Below the pieces are notes generated by a model that saw only the letters and a program-made list of their open reading frames with translations, was not told the origin of the DNA and made no database searches. A stretch of 64,000 bases of DNA from an uncultured Woeseia sp. (lineage in GTDB: Bacteria; Pseudomonadota; Gammaproteobacteria; Steroidobacterales; UBA11654): NCBI GenBank assembly GCA_964629335.1, contig CAZVRH010000002.1:6631-70630 (forward strand). The letters are read 5' to 3'. The first letter of the stretch is position 1. Each line of letters starts with the position of its first letter. Made by a program: the position numbers and the translations under genes. Positions 8,300 through 17,245 of the stretch are shown in pieces.

Positions 8300-10396
8300 T
8301 TATGATTGTTGAGGAATCTCGGGTAGATGGCTTGTGGTTTGCACTGATCGATCATCGCCATAAGCTTCAATCAAGTCAATCACCATTAAGTAAGCTTCAT
8401 TTAAAATCGTTTTGGAGCTAAATTCATCAAATGAAGCGGTGTTTTCTACGCCTAACTCATCCAATCTAGTCTCCCTTCTTATTGTATTATTTTTTGTTCT
8501 TTCATCTCGATCTTGTTTTCTTATTTCCATGTTTAGTGACACCGAGTTCATTTGAGAAGTTTTATTAAACTCTGCGATATCCTCAATTAAGAAATCAAGT
8601 GCAAGGTTATTAGATTTTCTGAGTTCAAAATTCTTTTCGACAACATTTATTGTTGTTTGAAGATTTGTATATGTCTCAAAATTTAAACCTAGAATCTTAT
8701 CCCAGGGTAGAGGGTTGATTTTAGTTTCCTCGCCAATAATTTCATCGTTAATAAAAGAGGGAAGAACTATGTCCGGACTAACACCTTTATTCTGTGTACC
8801 TTCTCCTGTTACACGATAATATTTTGCTATGGTTAACGTTAGTTGGCCGAAGCCTTTTTTTGATTTATATCTGGAGTATCTATCTAGAGGATATAGATTC
8901 TGCACGGAGCCTTTTCCAAAAGTTTTTTGACCGATCACTAACCCTCTTTCATAGTCTTGTACTGCAGCAGCAAATATTTCTGATGCTGAAGCACTATAAC
9001 GATCAACCATAATTGCTAAAGGCCCATCATAAATCGAACCAAAAGATGGATCATCAATAACTTCTAGATTTCCTTCCATGTCTTTAAGTTGGACTACTGG
9101 GCCTTGGTCAATGAATAAACCGGTGAGTGAAACTGCTTCATCGAGTAAACCACCAGCATTACCTCTCAAATCAATTATCAGAGCATCTATCCCTATTTCA
9201 CTAATTTCAGAAACTAATTTCTCAACATCAGATGTAGTGCTTCTAAAATTCTGATCACCGCGTCGTCTGGCAGCAAAATCTTGATAGAAGCTTGGTATGG
9301 TTATAACGCCTATTTCAAATTCTTTATCATCTGATGTAATCGTTTTGATATAACTTGAAACTGCTTGTTCTTCAAGGGTCACGTTATCTCTAGTAAGCGT
9401 TAAATCAAATGGGTTGGCATCAGGATCTGTGGACGTAGGCAAAATTCTAAGCTTAATTTTACTGCCTTTTGGTCCTCTAATTAATTTAACCACATCATTA
9501 AGGTCCCAGCCTATTATCTCTGTTGAGATTGTAGAATCTCCTTCGTATATGCCTATGATTTTATCCAATGGGTTTAAAGTGCCATTTATTTCAGCAGGCC
9601 CTCCCGGAATTAAGTTAACAATCTCAATAAAATCTTCATTATTTTGTAACCTAGCGCCAATACCTTCATAAGATAGACTCGTTTGTATTTCATACTCTTC
9701 TGCCTGTGAAGGCGTCAAATAACTTGAATGAGGGTCAAGATAGGCCATGTAAGAGTTCAAGAAGATATTGATTACATTTTCTTCGTCATAATTATTGATC
9801 CTTTTTAAAATTCTTGAGTATCTTTTATTGAGAGTAATTTTTGCTTTATCAATAGATTGTCCTGCGAGAACCAGTGAAAGTAAATCGTTCTTAACTCTTT
9901 TTCTCCAAATATCATCTAATTGATCTGTACTTCTAGGCCAGACTTTATTGTCTGACCTAAATTCGTAGGATTCATCAGTATCAAAGGAGTTTATTTGATT
10001 AATTAAATCGATGGAAAAAGACAGTCGTTGTTGAACCCTTAATCGATAGACACCAAAAATATCAAAAACAGCCTCCAAATCACCGTTAATTAATGATTCA
10101 TCAATTAGATATTTATATCTTTGGAAATAATTAATATCAGATTTTAAGAAATACACTTTTAACGAATCCAATGTCTCAATATAGGTATCGAGTATCTCAA
10201 CCGAGGATTCGTTATCAATTTGCTCTTGATTAATATGAGCTCTTTCGCTGATTGCGGTAACTAATTTTAAAAGATGATTGTCGACAGGTTTTTGAATCAA
10301 TAAACCGGGCACCGTTGCTGAATCTTGGCTACTAACCTGAGTGGTGATTAATAGAAGAACAGTTAGGATTAGCTTGGTTATTTTAGTCATTATCAT
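8300..10396 (-). CDS. prc: Tail-specific (C-terminal processing) protease, S41A
   Basis: Signal peptide and PDZ region (YEGIGARL...GGPAE). S41 core IDLRGNAGGLLDEAV and SASASEIFAAAVQDYERGLVIGQKTFGKGSVQ. 698 aa. Confidence 0.9.
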   Translation of the reverse strand: MIMTKITKLILTVLLLITTQVSSQDSATVPGLLIQKPVDNHLLKLVTAISERAHINQEQIDNESSVEILDTYIETLDSLKVYFLKSDINYFQRYKYLIDESLINGDLEAVFDIFGVYRLRVQQRLSFSIDLINQINSFDTDESYEFRSDNKVWPRSTDQLDDIWRKRVKNDLLSLVLAGQSIDKAKITLNKRYSRILKRINNYDEENVINIFLNSYMAYLDPHSSYLTPSQAEEYEIQTSLSYEGIGARLQNNEDFIEIVNLIPGGPAEINGTLNPLDKIIGIYEGDSTISTEIIGWDLNDVVKLIRGPKGSKIKLRILPTSTDPDANPFDLTLTRDNVTLEEQAVSSYIKTITSDDKEFEIGVITIPSFYQDFAARRRGDQNFRSTTSDVEKLVSEISEIGIDALIIDLRGNAGGLLDEAVSLTGLFIDQGPVVQLKDMEGNLEVIDDPSFGSIYDGPLAIMVDRYSASASEIFAAAVQDYERGLVIGQKTFGKGSVQNLYPLDRYSRYKSKKGFGQLTLTIAKYYRVTGEGTQNKGVSPDIVLPSFINDEIIGEETKINPLPWDKILGLNFETYTNLQTTINVVEKNFELRKSNNLALDFLIEDIAEFNKTSQMNSVSLNMEIRKQDRDERTKNNTIRRETRLDELGVENTASFDEFSSKTILNEAYLMVIDLIEAYGDDRSVQTTSHLPEIPQQS

Positions 10397-11012
10397 TTAA
10401 GGATTCTAGATAGTCATAAAAATCCTCCGGGACAGCCTTCTCGTATAGACTGAGGAGTTGTAGATAAGTATCAAAGTATTCTGGGTCATTTTTCTTTTCT
10501 GATTTCTTCCACATCATATAAACCTGAGACATAGGATTCATTGGTGCTTCAATATAAGCTGAGTACTTCCACTGTTTATTCTTTTTGACCACAACACACA
10601 TGACTCTGTCGTAGCCGCTTAAAGGATTGCTGTTAATAATTTTTAAATCATAGTGAAGATCCATAACGATTATGGCGACATCGCTTGAAATTAATTTTAT
10701 TTTAATATTTGAATAATCATTTCTTATTCCATCCAGTATCTTTTTTCCAGGTACAGGATCCCAATATCGTTCTAATGAACTCCAATCTGTTGGAAAATCG
10801 ACCCTTTCTTCTGGTATGTATAAGGGATTCTCATCTGTTTCATCCCATAGTGATTTTAGGTCTGAATAATTCTGTGTGTCCCAAATTCTTTTTGTTTCTT
10901 CAATTAGATCGAGTATTTCATTTCGTGCGTCATTATTATTAGCACCAAGATAAGTCGGATGATAACAACCTATTATAAAAACAGCAGCTATCATAAATTT
11001 TATGTTTTTCAT
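10383..11012 (-). CDS. Exported protein or lipoprotein, possibly NTF2-like (SnoaL/DUF4440-like) fold
   Basis: From the internal Met it reads MKNIKFMIAAVFIIGCY (signal peptide with a lipobox-like IIGC), with AAGG about 8 nt upstream. The IWDTQNYSDLKSLWDE ... KKNKQWKY pattern is NTF2-like. Function unknown. Confidence 0.45.
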   Translation of the reverse strand: MKNIKFMIAAVFIIGCYHPTYLGANNNDARNEILDLIEETKRIWDTQNYSDLKSLWDETDENPLYIPEERVDFPTDWSSLERYWDPVPGKKILDGIRNDYSNIKIKLISSDVAIIVMDLHYDLKIINSNPLSGYDRVMCVVVKKNKQWKYSAYIEAPMNPMSQVYMMWKKSEKKNDPEYFDTYLQLLSLYEKAVPEDFYDYLESLNDND

Positions 11013-11016
11013 TCTT

Positions 11017-11667
11017 TTACCTTGAGAAAAAACCAACAATTTGCTGAGTTAACCCTTCGCATGCATTAGATTGTGTTCTAGCTAGAATCGGAATCGGTAT
11101 AACTATTGCTGGGATCACAGAAGTACCCGAAACACTGGCACTAAGATTTCCTACAGATGCCTCCTGACTTAAATCCCATATGCTTGCTTCGTAAGCAGAA
11201 GTGTCATCCCACCAAGCAAAACCAAAGCAACCCCCACCTCCAGGCCCAGCTGCACAAGATAAGGCTCCAGAACTTGCATTGGTCTTGGTTTCACCGGTTA
11301 CTTTTACTAAGTACTTTATTTCTAATTGATCTAACTTATCTTTAATAATCTGCTTACTTAGTAATTGGGGTAATTTTTCTATAGTTTGAGGGGCAGTACT
11401 TGGTTCAAACCAGGGATAAAAGATGTTTTGGAATTCCGTTGTGGAGATGACATTAAATTCATTCTGTTTTTTAGACAACGATTGATTTAAGCAATCCATG
11501 AAATCATTCTCCGTTTTATTTCCAGTGTGATAACTATCAGATAAGACTACGATTGATTCTCCTTCTTTTATTGAATATGCAGCATTCACTTCTTGATCTA
11601 TTCTTGTCGTGGAGCATCCAGAAATAAGGAAACAGATAATCAACAGTGCAGTCAGTGATTTATTCAT
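11017..11667 (-). CDS. Lipoprotein of unknown function with a Cys-Gly-rich loop
   Basis: MNKSLTALLIICFLISGCSTT is a signal peptide plus lipobox LISGC. Internal SCAAGPGGGGCFGFAWWDD. 216 aa. Confidence 0.6.
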   Translation of the reverse strand: MNKSLTALLIICFLISGCSTTRIDQEVNAAYSIKEGESIVVLSDSYHTGNKTENDFMDCLNQSLSKKQNEFNVISTTEFQNIFYPWFEPSTAPQTIEKLPQLLSKQIIKDKLDQLEIKYLVKVTGETKTNASSGALSCAAGPGGGGCFGFAWWDDTSAYEASIWDLSQEASVGNLSASVSGTSVIPAIVIPIPILARTQSNACEGLTQQIVGFFSR

Positions 11668-11673
11668 AATGAT

Positions 11674-12270
11674 TTATTTTACTAAATCCATGAGTTCATT
11701 TAATTCTTTTTCGATTTGAATAGTAAGGTTTGCACCAACATCTCTTAAAGCAAGATTGATGGCATTAGCCATAGCTTGATTTCCATCAAACGACCCTGTT
11801 TCTTGTTCTCCATAACCGGTAATATCCCAATTTTGCACCAGTTCTAAATCAGAATTATAAATATTGATTGTATATTTGATCCATATCGAGAATTTATCGT
11901 TTGATGCCAATTGAGGAGTGAGATATTCAAATTTTTCGAGATCAACTGATAGCACCAGGTCTGTATCTGTCGTATCCAAGGAATCAAAGGAGTCTCTTTC
12001 CAAGATGTTTGAAAAAAAAGAACCAAAGATAATAGCAAATACTTTTTTTTGAGTATCTTGGAAATTAATATCCCAAGTAGAATCAGTTTCTTCCAGGGCT
12101 GTACTTTGGAACAGATAATTCTTTACCGTATCGCCGTAGATTGTAATCACTGAGACATTTTGATCTTTTAAGACAAGAGGTGAGGGCACTGAACTAGAAA
12201 TGGTAATAGATTGAGATGTACAGCTGGAAATCAATACCACAAGTATTAAATTATAAATCCTGATCTTCAT
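11674..12270 (-). CDS. Lipoprotein of unknown function
   Basis: MKIRIYNLILVVLISSCTSQ is a signal peptide plus lipobox LISSC. The start overlaps the upstream stop as TAATG. 198 aa. Confidence 0.6.
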   Translation of the reverse strand: MKIRIYNLILVVLISSCTSQSITISSSVPSPLVLKDQNVSVITIYGDTVKNYLFQSTALEETDSTWDINFQDTQKKVFAIIFGSFFSNILERDSFDSLDTTDTDLVLSVDLEKFEYLTPQLASNDKFSIWIKYTINIYNSDLELVQNWDITGYGEQETGSFDGNQAMANAINLALRDVGANLTIQIEKELNELMDLVK

Positions 12271-13271
12271 TAAATTTCAGGTTCCACTTCTTCAGAGTAC
12301 GCTTCCCAAGTCCCTTTTGGATTTGTTTGACCCCAACCCGATTGTTTTTCTAGAAGGTCTGGATGGTCTTTAATTATTCTTTCTAGGACAACTTTAGGGA
12401 TATCCTCAGTCGTTCCTGTTATTTGATAACTATGCATTCGTCCAAATAAAGCACCATCGATTAAATTACTTCCCATCTTCATCCATGGCCACCAGGGAGA
12501 GGTCCTCATAAAGCCAGCATGAAAGGGCGAAGAGGGTATTGAACGATCGCTCATTGTTTGGATGGGCGTGTAAAAAGTAAAATGCTCAGATGGATTAATG
12601 ATTTGAGTTGTATGGGCTTTAGGCCACTTATCTTTTGTTACAGGATTGGTGTATTCATGGGAATATTCCCACGTGAGAAGATATTGGTCTCCAATTTCTT
12701 GCCAAGGTAAAATAAACGGGATTGATTCAGAGGATGTATCAGCTTCAGCCTCATTCATTATAGTTGGTTGATCTACTGATGAATTACCCATTACAAATTT
12801 AGGCATGGATTCAGTAAGATGACCTCTCATTCTTCTATTAATAAATGGGAACACTTCAACCGTTTCATTAGTCCAAGGATTGTCCCAGGTGTCTATGATT
12901 TTACCTGTATTCAGGTCTGTAAAATAACCAGCTTCAGTGCCTCGAATATGGATACTACCGTCGTTATTAAGTCGAGATTGCATGTTGCCAAACCCAACAT
13001 AACCAAATAAGGGCATTAGCCGTTTGGTACCGATTCGGGCAAATTGAACGCCTTGATAACCGCCATACGTTGGTGAATCAGCATAACTTCCCCATAATTT
13101 ACCAAAGGCATATAAATTATCTTTAGGGGCAGTGAAGTCTAAGTTAGAGGGAGAACTAGAATCACTAACTCTGGCTTGTAAATCAAATGACTTACCTAAA
13201 CCGTATCCTACAAATGTGGATGCAATGAGATTTCTTCTGGAAATCAGCGAATTATAAACCGAAGCAAACAT
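12270..13271 (-). CDS. Exported protein of unknown function, possibly DUF1838-like
   Basis: The N-terminus SRRNLIASTFVGYGLG resembles a twin-arginine (Tat) signal. 333 aa, Trp/Pro rich (SPWWPWMKMG). The family assignment is from memory only. Confidence 0.5.
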   Translation of the reverse strand: MFASVYNSLISRRNLIASTFVGYGLGKSFDLQARVSDSSSPSNLDFTAPKDNLYAFGKLWGSYADSPTYGGYQGVQFARIGTKRLMPLFGYVGFGNMQSRLNNDGSIHIRGTEAGYFTDLNTGKIIDTWDNPWTNETVEVFPFINRRMRGHLTESMPKFVMGNSSVDQPTIMNEAEADTSSESIPFILPWQEIGDQYLLTWEYSHEYTNPVTKDKWPKAHTTQIINPSEHFTFYTPIQTMSDRSIPSSPFHAGFMRTSPWWPWMKMGSNLIDGALFGRMHSYQITGTTEDIPKVVLERIIKDHPDLLEKQSGWGQTNPKGTWEAYSEEVEPEI

Positions 13272-13279
13272 GGCGTTCC

Positions 13280-13891
13280 TTATTCTAGGGCAGCTTCATT
13301 AAACTCTTCGATGCTTTCTTCCTCTGATTCAGTGTCAGCGTCAGGCCAGATTTTTGTAAATTTTGTTCCTTCCAGACTTATTCCAGCTATGATGCCTTTA
13401 TGGCCAAAGACAAATCCAACAATAGGATCTTGACTTTCTGTAGTATCAATTGAGCCTCCAGCACCCATATTCCATAGAGCAACAGCTCCATCCACACCGG
13501 CTTGCCAACCTGAACTATAAAGAAAATTATCCATAGCTTCATCGTCAAAAAATAAAATCACGAGATCTTTTGCGCCAACTCCAAGTTGTATTCCCAGAGA
13601 CGTGCTGAAGGCTCTGTAATATTGCACCTTAATATCATCAACAATTAATGCACCTTCACCATATTCCATCCCTAACACTACACCTGCTTTGATCATTCTA
13701 GGAATAACCAATATACCTCTTGCACCGTCAAGATACCCTTGAGCACCTTGAATTTCATCTGAGAATCGTGCTAAAGCGCTTTCGATAGCAGCATCAATCT
13801 CATTTGTGTTTTTAGCGTTTATGGATTCTGGAGTATTAATTGTTATGAATAGAAAGATCGAAAGAATAAAATATTTAGTGAAGTATTTCAT
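13280..13891 (-). CDS. SYLF (Ysc84/DUF500) lipid-binding-domain protein, secreted
   Basis: Signal peptide ending INA. ARGILVIPRMIKAGVVLGMEYGEGALIV ... GIQLGVGAKDLVILF ... GWQAGVDGAVA is the repeating G-rich SYLF pattern. Confidence 0.6.
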   Translation of the reverse strand: MKYFTKYFILSIFLFITINTPESINAKNTNEIDAAIESALARFSDEIQGAQGYLDGARGILVIPRMIKAGVVLGMEYGEGALIVDDIKVQYYRAFSTSLGIQLGVGAKDLVILFFDDEAMDNFLYSSGWQAGVDGAVALWNMGAGGSIDTTESQDPIVGFVFGHKGIIAGISLEGTKFTKIWPDADTESEEESIEEFNEAALE

Positions 13892-13894
13892 TTT

Positions 13895-14752
13895 CTAATC
13901 CTTAAGTATGTCGTTATAAAAGTCAGTTCTTCTGTCTCTAAAGAATCCCCATGATGAACGATATTCCTTGATTTCGTCAAGGTCAAATTCGTGAACGATG
14001 GTTTCTTGATCATGGCGGCTGCATTCTTTTACTTTAATACCGGTTCCGTCTGTAATAAATGAGGAACCGTAAAACGACATTGAGAATCGATCATTTGACT
14101 CGGTTCCTATTCTATTGGACGCTATAATAGGTACACAATTTGCAGCCGAATGGCCTTGCATTACAATTTGCCATGAGTCTTTAGAATCAAATTCAGAATT
14201 ATCAGGCTCACTTCCAATTGCTGTTGGATAGAAAATTAATTCCGCACCATTCAGAGTCATAATCCGAGCTGCTTCAGGGAACCATTGATCCCAACAGATC
14301 CCCGTACCTATTTTGCCGTAAGTTGTATTAAAAACTTTAAATCCAGTATTACCAGGATGAAAATAGTACTTTTCCTCATATCCAGGCCCATCAGGAATAT
14401 GCGATTTTCTGTATACATCGAGTATCTCTCCATTAGCATCGATCATTGCTAAAGAGTTATAAAAGGTATTATTGTCTCGTTCAAAAAAGCTCGTTGGTAA
14501 AACAACAGCGAGTTCTTTAGCAAGTTCAGACATTTCGTTGAGTAAGGGATTGTTTTTAAAGGGTTTAGCTAACTCAAAGTTTTTAGGATCGTTCAGGCAA
14601 GGAAAGTAAACTGATTCGAATAATTCTTGAATAAGTATTATTTGCGCGCCTTGTGCAGCAGAATCTGCAATCAATTGTTTTGCGTTATCAATGTTAGCTC
14701 TCGTGTTTGTAGAACATGGCATTTGTGTTGCCGCTACAGTAACCTTTCTCAT
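13895..14752 (-). CDS. aguB: N-carbamoylputrescine amidase (CN hydrolase)
   Basis: MRKVTVAATQM start. Glu/Lys/Cys triad contexts ILIQELFE, YRKSHIP and GTGICWDQWFPE. The internal Met at 14752 avoids overlap with aguA. Confidence 0.85.
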   Translation of the reverse strand: MRKVTVAATQMPCSTNTRANIDNAKQLIADSAAQGAQIILIQELFESVYFPCLNDPKNFELAKPFKNNPLLNEMSELAKELAVVLPTSFFERDNNTFYNSLAMIDANGEILDVYRKSHIPDGPGYEEKYYFHPGNTGFKVFNTTYGKIGTGICWDQWFPEAARIMTLNGAELIFYPTAIGSEPDNSEFDSKDSWQIVMQGHSAANCVPIIASNRIGTESNDRFSMSFYGSSFITDGTGIKVKECSRHDQETIVHEFDLDEIKEYRSSWGFFRDRRTDFYNDILKD

Positions 14753-14766
14753 GATGTCTCCATATG

Positions 14767-15798
14767 TTAAATAAAGGGTTGTTGTTGTGTTATACAATGG
14801 ACACATCCACCGCCTTCAACAATCCTTGATCCCTCAAGTGTAACAATTTTTCTATCATGAAAAACCTTTGAGATTGTTTCTATGGCTTCTTTATCCTTGG
14901 GATCATTAAAAATTGGTAAGACGACCCCGTTGTTTGCAATATAAAAGTTAATATAAGATAAGGGCATACGCTCGTTTAGGAATTCTTTATAACCAGGTTG
15001 ATGAATTGTGATGATATCATAGCTCCTTCCTTGTAAATCTTTTGCGTGTTTTAGACGGTTATTGTTTTCCTTTAGTCGTTCATAATTTGAATCCAGTTGG
15101 TCAAATTCAGTTAATGCAATAATCTGATTATTTGGAGTAAAGCAAGCTAAATTATCAATATGCCCTCCGGTGTCATCAAATTCTAAGGCAGCAATCAACC
15201 AGATAAAGTTTTCAACACCTAGGTATTTTTCAAGAATATGTTCAGCTTCTTTCTTATCTAAACCAGGGTTTCTCATTGGATCCAGTATTACATCTTCAGT
15301 TAACATAAGGGTTCCCTTACCGTCAGTGTGGATAGCGCCGCCTTCAAGAACAATGGGTGCATTAAAATGCATGACGTCAAGATGTTGGATTATTGTCGCA
15401 GCTATCTCAGCATCTTTTGAATAATCAAGCCCGCAATTCTCACCGTAATTGTTAAACGTCCAGTTGATACCTGCTATTTGCTTGTTATTGGAAACAAAGG
15501 TTGGTCCAGAATCTCTACACCAACTGTCATCAATAGAAAAGTTGACAACAGTAACATTAGAGGTGACCATCGATTTTAATGCCTCAACGTCCCCTTGATT
15601 GGCTACTAATGTTACTGGCTCAAACAATGAAATAAGGTTTGCAGTTTCTGCATAAGCTTCTCTCATAGTATTTGTGTTAGGGTATCGTTGGAGATCGAGA
15701 CCTGTTGGCCACATCATCCATGTTTGTGAATGAGGTTGCCATTCTGCAGGCATATAAAAACCTAAATCTTTTGGATACTTATTTATTAATTCATCCAT
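14767..15798 (-). CDS. aguA: Agmatine deiminase
   Basis: FYMPAEWQPHSQTWMMWP, DSWCRDSGPTFV, and C-terminal catalytic Cys context GGGCVHCITQQQP. Confidence 0.9.
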   Translation of the reverse strand: MDELINKYPKDLGFYMPAEWQPHSQTWMMWPTGLDLQRYPNTNTMREAYAETANLISLFEPVTLVANQGDVEALKSMVTSNVTVVNFSIDDSWCRDSGPTFVSNNKQIAGINWTFNNYGENCGLDYSKDAEIAATIIQHLDVMHFNAPIVLEGGAIHTDGKGTLMLTEDVILDPMRNPGLDKKEAEHILEKYLGVENFIWLIAALEFDDTGGHIDNLACFTPNNQIIALTEFDQLDSNYERLKENNNRLKHAKDLQGRSYDIITIHQPGYKEFLNERMPLSYINFYIANNGVVLPIFNDPKDKEAIETISKVFHDRKIVTLEGSRIVEGGGCVHCITQQQPFI

Positions 15799-15803
15799 AA
15801 TTC

Positions 15804-16151
15804 TGGTGGAGGCGGCGGGAATCGAACCCGCGTCCGCCAGCTATCCGCATTATGATCTACATGTTTATCCTTTTCTTTAAATTTAGTTTCATAGAACCGA
15901 AAGGAAGGTCACTATAAAACGATCCTCTGACTTAGAGTTTAGTAATTATTTGCAGAAGAAAAATAACTACGATCTTGGATAATTTTCATTAATTTAACCC
16001 TCCAAGAGAGGTCAGATTAATGCCAGCTGGATTAAGCAGCTAGTGCGTAGTTGTCGTTTGCAACTAATTTAATTCAGATTTTTTTAAGTGGATTCTGAAC
16101 CTCTACATGCACATAATGTTTCAACACCAACGTCGAAACCTTGACGCCCCC
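15804..16151 (-). ncRNA. ssrA: tmRNA (SsrA)
   Basis: On the minus strand the 5' end is GGGGGCGTCAAGGTTTCGACG. The 3' end is GGCGGACGCGGGTTCGATTCCCGCCGCCTCCACCA, a tRNA-Ala-like acceptor with a G3:U pair. The tag frame GCA AAC GAC AAC TAC GCA CTA GCT GCT TAA encodes ANDNYALAA* (16061..16032). Confidence 0.95.
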
Positions 16152-16155
16152 TCTT

Positions 16156-16185
16156 TTAATAATCAATTGTGCAGTATTATCGCAA
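16156..16185 (-). promoter_or_regulatory. Candidate sigma70 promoter for ssrA
   Basis: The minus strand reads TTGCGA, an 18-nt spacer, then TATTAA, ending 4 nt before the mature 5' GGGGG. Confidence 0.3.
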
Positions 16186-16213
16186 CTAAAGAATTAAGTT
16201 TAAACTAGAAAAG

Positions 16214-17245
16214 TTATCGTGATTCTATGGAATCCAGTATCCATTCTTTAAAATAGGGGTGAGTTGAAAGGCCTTTTGAGTTAAATGTGTAATCTAAGTT
16301 GTTAAAATCTTTTTTAATATTTTTTTGTATACCTTTTCCTGACATTAAGTTTGAGACCATAAGGACTCTCATTCCTTTCTCGTTGGAGTTATTTATAAAC
16401 TCTTTAATTCGTTGAACATTATTTTCACGAACCTCTTTGGAAGCATCGTCTTGGAGTGTAAATGAACGTACACTATGAAACTCTGAGTTATCAGTTATAA
16501 ATTCCGCTATATTGTCCATAATCAATAATTCTTTGGCATTGTCATCAGAATCAACAGGGCCATGGGCTATGATAATAACCACTTCATTCTTTTGATTTAT
16601 GCTAATTTCCTCAGCGTATTCCAGTATTATTTTTTTTGCAAAGATGCTATCGCTGATTGGCTCTAAAAAGACTATTCCTTGGGTTTTAACTTGATTAACA
16701 TCGGCGTAAGTAAAGTCCTCTTCGAGTTGAAAGATGTACTTCCATTGTCTAAAAAGAGTGTTGTAGGGTGTGCTTGTTACAGGAATTACGTATACATTTT
16801 CGATCTTGTTTTTCTTAATTTCGATTAAAGAACAACTGATGTGATTTGAAGCCATCATGCTCATGCCTAGGGAAAGCGAAGTTATATAAGAATCTCCAAG
16901 CTCTTTCATGCTTTCATAAAACTCGTCATCTCCTTGTTTCCCAAAACCATGGGCAAGGATTAATAAACCGTCTTTTGTCTCTGGATTGTTTTTAATGGGC
17001 CAATAATAGTTCGGTCCCATCATCTTCATCATATTGTTAATTTGTTCGTTTGATAATCTGGAAAGGGTGGGGAGTTTGGTTCTTAGTTGATCGTATTTTG
17101 TTTTCATAGATGACATCGGCATCATCTGTGGAAATTTTTTACCCGATTCATTTATATTAACATTGCAATTCATCTCGTCCATTGCAAACACATTGAATGA
17201 AATAAAGGCAAGGACAGTTAATAGTCTGATTTGATTCTTTATCAT
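16214..17245 (-). CDS. Periplasmic class II chelatase-fold (CbiX/SirB/CbiK-like) protein with Met-rich N-terminal segment
   Basis: From the Met at 17245 it reads MIKNQIRLLTVLAFISFNVFA (signal peptide). Two repeats each have a beta-strand-HG motif (GLLILAHGFGKQGDDEF; VVIIIAHGPVDSDDNAKE), and each is followed by a V.V.P/..N..G strand. The Met-rich stretch is FPQMMPMSSM...NNMMKMMG. The fold call is pattern-based only. Confidence 0.4.
   Translation of the reverse strand: MIKNQIRLLTVLAFISFNVFAMDEMNCNVNINESGKKFPQMMPMSSMKTKYDQLRTKLPTLSRLSNEQINNMMKMMGPNYYWPIKNNPETKDGLLILAHGFGKQGDDEFYESMKELGDSYITSLSLGMSMMASNHISCSLIEIKKNKIENVYVIPVTSTPYNTLFRQWKYIFQLEEDFTYADVNQVKTQGIVFLEPISDSIFAKKIILEYAEEISINQKNEVVIIIAHGPVDSDDNAKELLIMDNIAEFITDNSEFHSVRSFTLQDDASKEVRENNVQRIKEFINNSNEKGMRVLMVSNLMSGKGIQKNIKKDFNNLDYTFNSKGLSTHPYFKEWILDSIESR

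Noticed and set aside
8300-15803. Genomic island integrated at the 3' end of ssrA (aguAB plus the lipoprotein cluster lie immediately downstream of tmRNA)
   Set aside because: There is no integrase, no phage or mobile gene, and no direct repeat of the tmRNA 3' end that I could spot. The composition looks like the rest of the window and the genes are tightly coupled to the core gene prc. A systematic repeat search was not possible by eye.
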